Notes under the pieces: model-generated
Told to the model about the DNA's origin: nothing
Database searches by the model: none
The model's input: the letters and a program-made list of their open reading frames with translations, nothing else
Translations under genes and position numbers: made by a program
In this document: piece by piece, positions 48,461 through 60,929 of the stretch
Numbering within the stretch: the stretch's first letter is position 1
How the letters are laid out: every line of letters begins with the position of its first letter
Assembly (NCBI RefSeq): GCF_004010195.1
Contig: NC_057711.1
Span: forward strand, 79,270,866 to 79,334,865
DNA length: 64,000 nucleotides
Origin: Chiloscyllium plagiosum
Taxonomy: Eukaryota
Reading direction: 5' to 3'

Positions 48461-51400
48461 GGGCTGAATCTTCCAAGGTTCCGGATGACATGGGCAATGC
48501 AGAGAAATTTGGGAGAATTGCGAGATGCCAATATAGACATTTTGTGACACTGAAAGCGACAAGTCCCATTTTCCAACCAAGTCGCAGATGTCAAGATGAA
48601 CTTCTGACTTGAAAGCTGTGAAACGCCTATTAACCGCAATAATCACATTATCACCCTCATGAATGTATAGGCTCCCACTCTCCCATCCAATGGATAGAAA
48701 ACAAATGCCAAGGATTCTCAACACGAACGTCAGAGCAGATACCCGTTGACTCCAGGTCACCGCATAGTCCATGGGACCTTCATTCTCAACTCCCAACATC
48801 AGCCTCCCAGGGCATGCTTCAGTCACAGTGGCTGCATGATACTCCACCTCTCAGTGCAGTTCCAGATTCTGCAGGGAACCGGCCTACAGCGGAGCCCACT
48901 GTCTTGGAAATTTTATCAGACAACACTGGGGGATGTGCATTTGTGTATTGGGGGCCCAGATATTCAGAGTGTGTCTTGCCCAGAGGCTCGTGCTCTCTCT
49001 TCAGATTGAACTCAGCGTGCTCAGGGCTGCAGCCAGGATGAAGGTGGGTGGCCCAGCCATCTCTGAAATGGCCTAAAAGGAGACATCTAGGAGACTCTGT
49101 GGGTGGTTCCTCAACTGGCTGGGTGCCTATTGGCACGGTCCTGTCTCCTTGTGAGGAATAAGCACCTGGAGTAAGTTCCTCGCCCCCTATCGCCATGCCA
49201 TTGGTTCTAAGAACCAATGGTTCAAAGGATGGAATGCAGCTATGTGAACATATTGACCAGACCCTGAGGATGCTGGACCTGGCTCTCCATGGTAGCTGTT
49301 AACCTGCTATAGGGGCAGCCAGAGACTCAGATTGCTGAGGCAGCAGGCTCCCAGATTTATTGTTGCAGCAAAACCTGCGCCCACACCTCCTCCTTCACCT
49401 CCATCTGAGGCCCCAAAGGAGCCTTCCACATCCAAAGTTTCACCTGGACATCCACCAATGTAATTTATTGTATCCGTTGCTCCCGATGTGGTCTCCTTTA
49501 CATTGTGGAGACTGGATGCCTTCTCGCAAAGCGCTTTAGGGAACATCTCCGGGTCACCTGCACTTATCAACCCCACCGCCCTGTGGCCCAACATTTCAAC
49601 TCCCCCTCCCACTCTGCCAAGGACATGCAGGCCCTGGGCCTCCTCCACTGCCACTCCCTCACCACCTGACGCCTGGAGGAAGATCGCCTCATCTCCACCT
49701 CGGAACACTTCAACCCCAGGGCATCATTGTGGATTTCACCAGTTTCCTTATTTCCCCTCCCCCTACCTTACTCAGTTCTAACCTTCCAGCTCAGCACCAT
49801 CCTTGTGGCCTGGCCTATCTGCCAATCTTCCTTCCCACCTATCTGCTCCACCCTCCTCTCTGACCATCATCCCCACCTTCATCTACCTATTGTACTCTTG
49901 ACTACCTTCTTCCCAGCCCCAGCCCCAACCTCCTCCCATTTACCTCTGCACCCCAGAGGATCCCAGCCTTCATTCCTGATGAAGAGTTTTTGCCTGAAAC
50001 GTCGATTTTCCTGCTCCTCGGATGCTGCCTGACCTGCTGTGCATTTCCAGCACCACTCTAATCTAGACTCTGATCTCCAGCATCTGTAGTCCTCACTTAC
50101 ACCTATTGTTGCAGCTCTGCAGCTTTTGTGTCAGTTTGTCCAGTGCCTCTGACAAACCTGCCTGCTGCTCCTGTGTCTGTTTGTATGTATGTATGATGCC
50201 TCTAATGTCCGACCCCATGGTGCCCTCTCCTGGAGCTCCCAGGTCTCTGGCATTCCTCTGAGTACCAGCAACTGGGACATTTGATCCTCAGCCAGCTGCC
50301 AAAATATGGCAGTGACGTGCCCACCAGCAGGTTCTCCTAATTCTCATCTAGCTTAGCTAACGTTCTGACAGAAGTGTCAACATCTGAGCGAGTAGGGGGT
50401 GCAGGAGGCAGCTTTGCCCATGTTGCATCGAAGATATCTATGTTGTTTTCCTCAGAGCTGGAGGACAACATGTCTCCTGCCTAGTTTCACTGCAGGTTTC
50501 CTGCTTGTACCTGCCAGAGACAAAAAGAGAGAAAGCATCTCAACCAAGAAATCAAGGTTACAGAAAGTTAACAATAAATTCACAGTAGGGTTAATGAGAG
50601 AGTAGCAATGTACAACCGTGTACACTGTTTCTTGCTTGTTTACCAGGAGATAGCGGTCTTCACATCTCCATAGGAGGGATTTCAGTCTTTGTCCGCCAGG
50701 GCCTAGATTCTCTCCTCTTTGTTGGTGATCGGTTGAATATCCCGCACTCCACCAGCTGGTTCTGTCACTTTCGGCCCTCCTATGGAATGCTTCCTCCTGT
50801 AACGATAGAAAGAGAGGAATTAAATGGGGTGAAAATAGGTGACAGAACTCTAATTGCTGCTGTAGATGGAAGAGAGACAGGGAGGTATTCAGAATGAGTG
50901 AGTGGAAAATTCAGAGGTCATGCAGGTTAGTAGTGAGGGGAGATTGGAGTGGGTAAGAATAGATGAGGGAAGATGTTGCAGGCAGTATGTGAGGGTGATA
51001 GAGCATAAGCCTCGGTTGCAGGGGGGAGCAGTAGCAGCGATAGAGTAAATATGTGATAGCAGACAGAAGTCAGTAGCCCTTTGCTTGGCCAAGGTGAAAA
51101 TTTAATCACCACCTGTATTGCTGGGTGACCATAGACACTACACTGACATGGCTGGCAACCTTGGGCCAGGCTGGCATTGCCTGGTGTTTTGAGGGAAGTG
51201 GTTGGCCCTTCTCTATACCATTCCATCAACCAGTACCTGCAGGCCCCTGTCTGCCAAGGCATCAATTTCCCTTTGTCTGCTGTTCCCAAGGCGATCGTCT
51301 GCTTCCACGCAGGGCAACTCCAGTCTGCCAGTTGTTGTTTGGGTCTCTGATGCCCTATTAATTATTGTGCTTGTGCCAGGGTTGCTGCTGTTTCCCAGGG

Positions 51401-51565
51401 TATCCCCTTAGTGATGAATACTTCTGACTCCTGTGAGTGGGAGAATCAGGCTAACATTGAGAGGTGGTCCTTTGGGGCCCAGCAGGTAGTTAATGAGGGC
51501 ATCACAGAGCCAAAACACTCCATGAAACGCAATGAAAACAGCCAATGTATGGAAGCATTCAGCCC
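48461..51565 (-). mobile_element. PIF/Harbinger-like non-autonomous element with decayed spliced Myb/SANT-like gene
   Basis: TIRs gggctgaatcttcca (48461-48475) / tggaagcattcagccc (51550-51565); exon-like pieces LADRGLQVLVDGMV*RR and PAWPKVASHVSVVS (51130-51260); pyrimidine-rich acceptors on the minus strand near 50798 and 50512. Confidence 0.6.
49370..50103 (+). mobile_element. 5'-truncated Penelope-like element (GIY-YIG + pLTR) with 12-bp TSD
   Basis: TNVIYCIRCSRCGLLYIVETG...KRFREHL; hammerhead-like 'cctgatgaagagtttttgcctgaaacgtc'; tattgttgcagc at 49358-49369 and 50104-50115. Confidence 0.9.
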
Positions 51566-51724
51566 ATAATAATTGATTGTTTGTCTCATTATTTGTGGAA
51601 CATCAGTATGTGAATCACTTTCCATGTTTGCCTGCTAAAACAATGTTGTCTGATGTATCCTCGCTACTGATTTATCCTCGCATCACCTGAGCTAGCTGGG
51701 CTTTTGGTCACCCAGAGATTCAAG

Positions 51725-52030
51725 AGCCAGGAGTCACAGTCTCAGAATACAGGATAAACCATGTAGGACTGAGATGAGGCAACATTTCTTCACTCAGAGA
51801 GTGGTCAGCGTGTGGAATTTCCTACCACAGAAAGCTGTGGAGGCCATCACACAGAATATTCAAGAAAAAGATAGATAGGTATTAAAATATCAAGGATATC
51901 AAGGGATATGGAGAGAAAATGGGAATATGGCATTGAAATAAAGGATCAGCCATGATGAAATTGAATGGCAGAACAGGCTTGAGGGCTCAATGGTCCACTC
52001 CTTCTCTGACTTGCTATGTTTCTGTATATT
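51725..52030 (+). mobile_element. CR1-type 3' end
   Basis: 'aggactgagatgaggcaacatttcttcactcagagagtggtcagcgtgtggaatt'. Confidence 0.8.
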
Positions 52031-52547
52031 GCTGTCTCTATCTCTTATTTTCATTTTGGATTTTAGGGCTTGCTTTTTCTGGTATGATAGAAGAAAAAAA
52101 CACATGTTTAACAAGTCTTGACCTCAACCTTACTCAAATTGCGGCAGTCAAAAAAAGAATAGGCTCCTTTCTGAGACAAAATGTACATCATTGCGTGACA
52201 GCAATCAAGTAAAAGTTACATCAATGTGATAGACATTGGCTCGAAGCATCACTTACTTCAAGTAATCGTTACATTCATCGAGTTATGGAAGGTATTTTTC
52301 TATGAGGTTTAGTGAGTTTTATCACCGCATCTTAACAAACTCACCTCCCAACCGACCTACCTCGCCCCTATGGTGCACTGCTTGACCAATTGTAGCCTTA
52401 TTCTACTACTAATTGAACCCTGATCCATTTGTCACTCTGGGATATCCCAAAATAGACTGACATCCCTAGTGCTAGTGACATTTTTAATGCCAATGGTCCT
52501 GAGCTGCCCTGAATGTTTTCTGCCCCAGATATTTTTTCTTTTCTGTC

Positions 52548-52773
52548 ATGTGTTCCCTGCTTTCTGGGCAGAAATCTGGAGGTCCTCTTGGATGAGGTCA
52601 TGCTCTGGTAAGTTTTCCTCTTCTCCCACGACCGGCAGGGAAGGCCACAATGCCAGACCATACCAGCATGATCTGCAGTTACCACTCAGGTTGGTGTAGC
52701 CTCAATCACCAGGAGGAAAGCCCAGCAGGATATGAGAAAGGTCAATGACCTTCTCAGTACCATCAGTGTAAGT
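52548..52773 (+). pseudogene. Harbinger-associated Myb/SANT-like exon relic ending in a gtaagt donor
   Basis: One frame reads VPCFLGRNLEVLLDEVMLW*VFLFSHDRQGRPQCQTIPA*SAVTTQVGVASITRRKAQQDMRKVNDLL, then gtaagt. Confidence 0.7.
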
Positions 52774-53705
52774 GCCACCGCCACCATTTTCTCTTCAATA
52801 TCTGACATGCTTCCAATCTCTGCTACTATTCCCATCTCCCACCAAAGAGCATGCTCAACTACTCTCACTATTGCCTGCAATATCTTTCTTTACTCATTCT
52901 GACTCTTCACAACCCCTGCTCATGAACCCTGCATGTATGTTTGCTGTCTGACTGAACCTTGACTCAAGACTACACCTATAATACATTGGTACTCACTACA
53001 ATCTGTGATGGTCAAGTGTTCAAGCTCCACGTGGTTTCAAGCTCACACCTGCTTCTGCTTCTCTTACTGGGTCTGAAATGCTTTTAGCATTTACTACAGT
53101 ATTGTTGAATTATGCCACAAATTGCTCTTCTGCAAGCTTCTGATGGTTCAGCTCTTTTAGCTGCTGACTGTCTACATGAGTCACCCTTTTGAAGCTCCAT
53201 CAGAAAATTTTCCTGAGCTCGCTAGAATCGGCACCACTGTCTAACCTTTCGTTTAGTGTTGATGAATCGAATATCACACCACTTCTTCACCGTATTGCCA
53301 GCCAAAGCAATGCCCACCACTGCACCATGTTGTATAATGGATTCTTGCAGCTGCACTTCTCGTTGTTTGAGCTAACTGGGCTCTTGGTCACCATTATATA
53401 GTTTGCTCCCACCATTCACCTTTGAGATCAGGATCTACAAAGCCTCCTTTGTCTAGTTTGGTAGAGGAAAACCTTTAGGTAGCCTGATGATAAGAAGGGC
53501 TTGTCTCAAGCAAGACGTAGTTTGTTGCATCTTAGCATTGTTGCTAAGACTATAAGAAGACCCAGATGCTAAGTCTGTCTCCTTCAAGATCTAGACCTGG
53601 TCTTCTTCCTACCCAAGTCATTATGTCATCACTAGATTTGGTAATGCACTCCCTTACAATTAGTCACTTATTACAAAAAAAAACATGATTACAATTAATT
53701 GGTTG

Positions 53706-53859
53706 CTGAAAATGTGTTGCTGGAAAAGCGCAGCAGGTCAGGTAGCATCCAAGGAGCAGGAGAATCGACGTTTCGGGCATGAGCCCTTCTTCATTCTTCT
53801 TTTCCAGCAACACATTTTCAGCTCTGATCTCCAGCATCTGCAGTCCTCACTTTCTCCTC
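53706..53859. mobile_element. Fold-back Penelope-terminus unit with 16-bp TSD
   Basis: tacaattaattggttg at 53690-53705 and 53860-53875; same subfamily as 40347-40518. Confidence 0.9.
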
Positions 53860-54469
53860 TACAATTAATTGGTTGTCAACTTGACAACACAGAAAGTTTC
53901 ATATCATTGTCCATTATTGCACATATTGGTGATAGCCATTTGGAAAGACATTGGGAGGCACTCAACACCAATGAACTGTACCCCAGCCAGGAAGGAACAC
54001 CTTAGGGAGCTACAGAAATAAAAACAAATCTCTGCAGATGTAAGTGGGCTCCTTTGTAATGACAAGGAGTGATTTAAACACTGACTTTTTCAACCTATGT
54101 ATTACTTTGGTAATGGGATGCTCTGAAACACTTTCTGCTCTAAGTGTGCAGATTAAATGGATTCATATCTGGCAGAAATCTTGCATTTCTTCGGCGTGGT
54201 CCTTAAAGCCTCCAGACAAAATAAGACTTCTCTGAGTAAGAATGAATTAGAATCACAGTTTAAAGGGGTATCAGCTGAAGGGAAGGTTTCAGTACAAGAA
54301 CTCAATTAATATGTTGTCACATTGATTCCTGTAAAAAGCTGTGTTATATGTAATACATTTTATTATATATTGTATTATTTACAATAACAACCTTTATTGA
54401 AATAAAGTTATAATTTAAGAATCAAAACTGCTTACCAATTTGGTGATATTATTACACAATAATTTGTAA

Positions 54470-55128
54470 AATGGGGGGACTGGATAGTTGGGAATGAAGA
54501 TGGACAGGTAGGACAGTTTAAGAGAGCATTGTCGAGTTGAAGGGTTGGATCTGGGATGAGGTGGGGAAAGTGAGATAAGGAAACTGATGAAGTCAATGTT
54601 GATGTCGTGTGGTTGGAGGGTCCAAAGGCAGAAGATAAGATGTTCTTCCTGCAGTCATCGGGTGGCTTGGATTTGGCAGTGGAAGTGATCCAGGACTTGC
54701 ATGTCCTTGGTGGAGTGAAAGGGGAGTTGAAGTGTTTGGCCACAGGGCGGTGGGGTTGTTTGGTGCATGTGTCCCAGAGATGTTCTCTGAAATATTCCAA
54801 GGGTTGGAATCCTGTCTCCCCAATGTAGAGGAGACAACCCTCTAACTTGGCACCACCCTCTTGAACAGTTCTACCTGCCTATCTTCCTTTGTACCTATCA
54901 CCCCCACCTGCATCTACCTATCGCCATGCCAGCTACCTTCCCCCCACCCCCACCTCCACCATCCTATTTAACTCTCAGCCCTCTTCCCCCTCTCCACATT
55001 CCTGATGAAGGGCATATGCACAAAACATCGACTCTCCTGCTCCTTGGATGCTGCTTGACCTGCTGTGTTTTTCCAGTACCACACCTTTTGACTCTGATCT
55101 CCGGCATCTGCAGTCCCCACTTTCTTCC
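54470..55128. mobile_element. Penelope-like element: minus-strand GIY-YIG fragment plus inverted pLTR
   Basis: 'EYFREHLWDTCTKQPHRPVAKHFNSP'; plus-strand pLTR with decayed hammerhead 'cctgatgaagggcatatgcacaaaacatc'. Confidence 0.85.
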
Positions 55129-55499
55129 ATGTGATCTAACCTTGGAAACCAATCTATCACAAGGAACCTTGTTGAATGCCTTGCCGACATCCATATAGAT
55201 CACATCCACCAATCTGCCCTCATTACTCTTTATTACTTCTTCAAAAACTCGATTTGTTGATGCACTGAGTAGTTTCAGCATAGTTTTTCAAACGTACTTT
55301 CTCCTTTAATTAGTATTTTCAAGATTTATTCCAGCAGTGTTCTGCACTTCAGAGATCATGAGAAAACACAAGTTCTACGGATGCCTCAAATATACTGCTT
55401 CTTAGTGTTGTATTTATATTGATGTAAGTTACTATAACACTGTTTTTTGTAGCAAGTTGTGAAAGGAGGGATTTGTAGTAGGTGACTGCCGTCTCCACA

Positions 55500-57280
55500 A
55501 ACAATAAAACAATTGATTATTGCCTGATATCAGGGGTGGGGAAAATGCTAGAGTCCATTATGAAAGGTTTGATAGCAGATCATTTGAAAAACATTGATAG
55601 GATTGAACAGAAGCAACATGGATTTATTAGAGGGAAACCATGTTTGACAAATCTACTGGAATTTTTTGAGGAAAGAATTAGTAGAGTTGAAAAGAGGAAG
55701 TCAGCGTATGTGGTTCACTTGGACCTTCTGAACACTTATGATAGTGTTCCACATAAAGATTAGCGAAGTAAAATTAAGACTTGTGCACAGGTGTTGTATA
55801 TTGATATTCATAGAAAAATGGTTGGCAGACAGGAAGCTAGGAATAAATGGATAATTTTCTGACTGACAGCCAGACTGACTTTTTCTTTATTACTGTTTAA
55901 GAAGGGTGGTAAGGACAAGTCAGGGAACTATAGACCAGTGAGCCTGACGTTGGTGGTGGGCAAGTCATCGGAGGGAATCCTGAGGGACAGGATGTACATG
56001 TATTTGGAAAAGCGAGGACTGATTAGGGATAGTCAACTTGATTGAGTTTTTTGAAGAAGTAACAAAGAGGATTGACAAGGGCAGAGCAGTCGATGTGATC
56101 TATATGGACTATAGTAAGGCGTTCGACAAGGTTCCCCATGAGAGACTGGCTAGCAAGGTTAGATCTCACAGAATACAGGGTGAATCAACTGTTTGGATAC
56201 AGAACTGGCTCAATGGTAGAAGACAGAGGGTGGTGGAGGAGCGTTGTTTTTCAAACTGGAGGCCTGTGACCAGTAGAGTGCCACAAGGATCGGTGCTGGG
56301 TCAACTATTTTTTGTCATTTACATAAATGATTTGGATGTGAGCATAAAAGGTACAGTTAGTAAGTTTGCAGATGACACCAAAATTGGAGGTGTAGTGGAC
56401 AACGAAGAGGGTTACCTCAGATTACAACAGAATCTTGATCAGATGGGCCAATTGGTTGAGAAGTGGCAGATGGAGTTTAATTTAGACAAATGCGAGGTGC
56501 TGCATTTTGGGAAAGCAAATCTTAGCAGGACTTATACATTTAATGGTAAGGTCCTAGGGAGTGTTGCTGAACAAGGAGATCTTGGAGTGCAAGTTCATAG
56601 CTCCATGAAAGTGGAGTCGCAGGTAGATAGGATAGTGAAGAAGGCATTTGGTATGCTTTCCTTTATTGGTCAGAGTATTGAGTACAGGAGTTGGGAGGTC
56701 ATCTTGCGGCTGTACAGGACACTGGTTAGGCCACTGTTGGAATTCTGGTCTCCTTCCTATCGGAAAGATGTTGTGAAACTTGTAAGGGTTCAGAAAAGAG
56801 TTACAAGGATGAAGCCAGGGTTGGAGGATCTGAGCTATAGGGAGAGGTTAAACAGGCTGAGGCTGTTTACCCTGGAGCGTCGGAGGTTGAGGGGTGACCT
56901 TATAGAGGTTTACAAAATTATGAGGGGCATGGATAGGGTAAATAGACAAAGTCTTTTCCTTGGGATTGGGAAATCCAGAACTAGAGGGCATAGGTTTAGA
57001 GTGAGAGGGGAAAGATATAAAAGAGACCTAAGGGGCAACTTTTTCACATAGAGGGTGGTACGTGTGTGGAATGAGCTGCCAGAGGAAGTGGTGGAGGCAG
57101 GTACAAATGCAGCATTTAAGAGGCATTTAGGTGGGTTTATGAATAGGATGGGCTTGGAGGGATATGGGCCAGCTGCTGGCAGGTGGAACTAGATTGAGTT
57201 GGGATATCTGGTTGGCATGGATGGATTGGACTGAAGGGTCTGTTTCAATGCTGTACATCTCTATGACTCTATGACTCTAC
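55500..57280 (+). mobile_element. Two CR1-type fragments (older 55500-55880; younger 55890-57280 with 3'UTR)
   Basis: ORFs 55482..55763 and 56038..57051; tail 'ctctatgactctatgactcta'. Confidence 0.92.
56038..57051 (+). pseudogene. CR1-type reverse transcriptase domain, 337 codons open but 5'-truncated with internal deletions
   Basis: DVIYMDYSKAFDKV, VPQGSVLG, YINDLD, KFADDTK; lacks the YCVQ segment present in other copies; premature stop after RGNFFT. Confidence 0.9.
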
Positions 57281-57284
57281 TCTG

Positions 57285-57995
57285 GGCATATGGGCACCAC
57301 TGGCTGGCCAGCATCTATTGCTCACCCCAGTTACCTTTGAGAAAGTGTTGGTGAGCTGCTTTTCAGATAGGTTTTGGGGAGCCAGGAGGTGAGTTATTTG
57401 CCTCCAAATTCCAAGCCTTCAGGCTGCTCTTGTAGCCACTGCTTATTCAGTGAATTCAATTGAGTTTCTGGTCACTGGTAACCCCAAGGATGTTGATAAT
57501 GGTGGATTCCATGATGATAACACTATCTAGTGGTTAGATTGTCTCTTATTGGAGGTGGTCATTGCCTGATATTTGTATGACTCAAATGTTATGTCAAACC
57601 AAGCCTGGATTTTGTCCAGGTCTTATTGCATTTGAACATGGACTGCTTCTGTGTCTGGACTCGTGAATGGTGTTGAACAATTTTACAATCATTGGTGAAC
57701 ATCTCCTCTTTGGACCTTATGATGGAGGGAAGGTTATTGAGGAAGCAGCCAAAGGTGGTTGAGCCTCGAACACAACCCTGAAGAACTCCTGCAGAGATGT
57801 CCTGGAGCTGAAATGACTGACCTCTAACAATTACAACCATCCTCCTGTGTGCCAGGTATGACTCCAACCAGCAGAGTTTGCCCATGATGTCCACTGATTC
57901 CAGCTTTGCTGGGGCTCCTTGATACAGCAGCTTTGGCAGCTCAATCATTTGGTCGAATGTAGCCTTAATGTCAAAGTTTGTCAGTCTCAACTCAC
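57285..57995 (-). mobile_element. Second CR1-clade LINE family, RT fragment + tail
   Basis: ORF 57589..58011 'DIKATFD...WLESYLAHRRMVVIVRGQS...ISAGVLQG'. Confidence 0.75.
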
Positions 57996-58550
57996 TAGTG
58001 GCATACTGCAAGGATCAGTGCTTTGACCTAAGTTATGCACAATTTATATTCATAATTTTGATGAGGGAACAAAATGTAATGTCTCCAAGATTGCAGATGA
58101 CACAAAGCTGGGTAGTAGGTTGAGCTGTGAGGAGAATGCAGAGATGTTTCAGTGCGATTTGCATGAGTTAAGTGAGTGGGCAAATGCAGGACAGATGAAG
58201 TGGAAAAATATGACATTATCCACTTTGGTAGAAAAACAAGATTATCATCTGAATGGCAATGGATTGAGAAAGGAGAAGATGCAACAAATCCTGGGTGTCC
58301 TTACACATCAGGAACTGAAAGCAAAATGCAGAGATAGCTGGTGGCGAAGAAGGCGAATGGTATATTGGCCTTCATAGCAAGAGGATTCAAGTGCAGGAGG
58401 AGCGATGTCTTGCTGCAATTCTACAGGGCCTTATTTGAGGAACGATGTTCTGGCTTTGAAGGAAGTGCAACATAGGTTCCTGGGATGGCTGGACTGAAGC
58501 AAGAATCGGTTAGGTCTATATTGACAAGTGGTTAGAAGAATGAAAGTGGT
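57996..58550 (+). mobile_element. CR1-type RT fragment (probable continuation of 55500-55880)
   Basis: 'caaggatcagtgctt', 'gcagatgacacaaagctgggt'. Confidence 0.75.
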
Positions 58551-59869
58551 CTAACTACATTCTGCTTGACTGGCACAGTCATATAACAGACTTGAATAAT
58601 TTTGACTAATTTGCAGTTGCCAGTTTGGAATTTTGGCTCATCAAGTCCAGCATTCTATTGCATTTCCTAAACTGCTGGCGGAAATGCATGACAAATGGAA
58701 TTGTGAGAAATCTGAATTTGACTCCTTACTGTTTGACTGTAATACTTATGACCTTGCTCTACGCTAGTGTGTAGCACAATAGAAGGTATGAAAGTTCATG
58801 TCAAAATTTACAGCTATGAGTGGTATAGATCTTGACTTTGTATAAATGTGCAGAATGAGTGATGAAGAATCAGTGACCTGATGTTTTGTTTGTTTGAAGT
58901 TAGTTCATTACTCAACCTGTCATTTTTCTGACACCCAGTTGTAGCAAGTTAAGATCTTCTTCAATGTATTCTATATTAGAAATTTGAGTTTAAAAATAAA
59001 CAAGCATATGGATTAATGTTATAGGGACAAAAATCATAAAATTTGGGTGAATTTTCAAACTGAGTACTGACACCATGTACTCTAACTGGTAGGCCTGAGG
59101 CTGGTCAGTAATTGGGCTTCAGGACATACTTTAAGAAAATGAGCGAGCTGCCAGAGCTGCTGCATCAACACATTTCAGGAAACAAATTGCAGCCCATTTA
59201 GCTCGCCTACAGCAGCCCTGAGGTAAGTGCCCAAAGTAGGTGAATGAGAGGACAGCTGAATGGATGGCCGATCAAACTCAGCATCAATCTGAGTAGCCAG
59301 GAGTAGTGCCCAGTAAGAACTTGCACCATTTACGTACATTATCTAGCAGAAAAGTAATCAACATGGACATGAAAATCGCCTGAAGATGTGTCACACTGAA
59401 CTCAAAACATTAACACTGTTGCTCTCTCCACAGATGCTTTCTGACCTGCTGAGTTTCTCTGGCACTTTCTGTCCATATTTGAAATTTCCAGCATTTGCAG
59501 TATTTTTGCTTTTGCATGGACATAAAAAGATGCTTACCTGGGAATGCTAAATGCGAAGTATGAGTTGATGGAAGGTCTGCATTTCCCTGCAAATGTATTT
59601 CTTAGGACATGTTTTTGCTGTTTTGGAAGTTTCAAAGGCCACTGCAACAATACATTATCTTGGAATGCAAAATATGTTATTTAGTGCTTCAAATCCCAGG
59701 ATTGGCAATGAAAGGATATTTCACCATGATCATGTCAAGTGAGGTAATTTATGTAAGTGTGTTCCTGTGTATAAGACTCTTCATGCAAATTGTGCTTATT
59801 CACATTGTTATATTTAATATCGCTCTAACACCGTTGCAATTTTAAAAATAGTGCACAAGAACCTCAGAC

Positions 59870-60920
59870 CTAAAAAGATATGAACAAGAGGAACCCATGA
59901 GACATTCAAACCTGTTCTATTAGTTTTTGGCTGATTGTTACCTCAACACCATCTACCTGCCTTTGATTTGTGTCTCTCAATGCATTTACTTAATAAAAAA
60001 TCTGTTGATTCAGGTCTCAGAAAATCTCAATTGACCCAACATCCACAGCCTGTAGTGAGACAGTACCAGATTTCCACTAAATTAGGGCCTTATATTTAAA
60101 TAAAGCCAATTACAGAGATATGAAAAGCAGGTTGGCTAAGGTAGATTTGGGAAATTAGATTAAAAGATCTGACGGTGGATTAGCAAGGACAAATATTGAA
60201 AGAAATAATTCATAGTTCTCAATCAATATACATTTCCTTGAGGAATAAAACTTCACTGGAAAAATTGTCACTAACTGGAGAAGTTAAGAATAGCATTAGA
60301 TTAAAAGGAAAGGCTTACATATTGTCAAAAAGGATAGTAAGCTGAAGGATTGTGAGGATTTTAAAAATCCGCAAAATATGCCCAAGGAAGTATTACAGAG
60401 ATAAAATAGAACAAGACAAAACTAGCTAAAACTGGCTCAGATTCTAAGCATGTCTACCAGTATGTAAAAAGGAAAGAATTAACAAAAATACTTAGACATA
60501 AAGATGAGAGAAATAATAATGGGTCGGGTCAAAGGAGATTGCAGTGCTGTTAGACAGATGTTTTCTTGTCTGTTTTCATTGCAGATAAGACCCATGAAAG
60601 GGTGAACCAAAAGTCGAGTAAAATGACACAGTTGAGCGAGCCAAGTATAATATTTCCAAGTTTTCAGATGTTATAAAGCTTGCCGGGAAAATAAGCTTGC
60701 AGCAGGACATACAATCTTAGCTGCGAACAGATTCGATAAACGGACAACGAGATAGCAGATGGAATATAATTTGAAATTACAATGAAATTATTCGCCTTGT
60801 TAGGAAGAAAAGAAGAACAGAAAAATTCACAACATTTTGGGGAGTGGTAAACGTTGTAACCCAAAGACTTGGGTATCTTTGAACATAAACCACAAAAGAT
60901 TAACCTATGGGTACAGCAAA
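59870..60920. mobile_element. Highly decayed CR1-type fragments (3' end minus 59870-60085; ORF2 plus 60085-60920)
   Basis: 'ttaaataaagccaattacagagatatg...gtagattt', 'tccaagttttcagatgttataaagctt'. Confidence 0.55.
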
Positions 60921-60929
60921 CAACCTCAG

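Noticed and set aside
56038..57051. Longest ORF (337 aa) as a functional or domesticated RT gene
   Set aside because: It starts at TTG at a deletion junction, lacks the endonuclease, has an internal deletion and a premature stop, and is followed by an ordinary CR1 3'UTR.
59538..59586. Candidate 49-nt minus-strand exon (tttgcag ... CAG|gtaagc)
   Set aside because: Weak polypyrimidine tract, no recognisable peptide in any frame and no partner exons.
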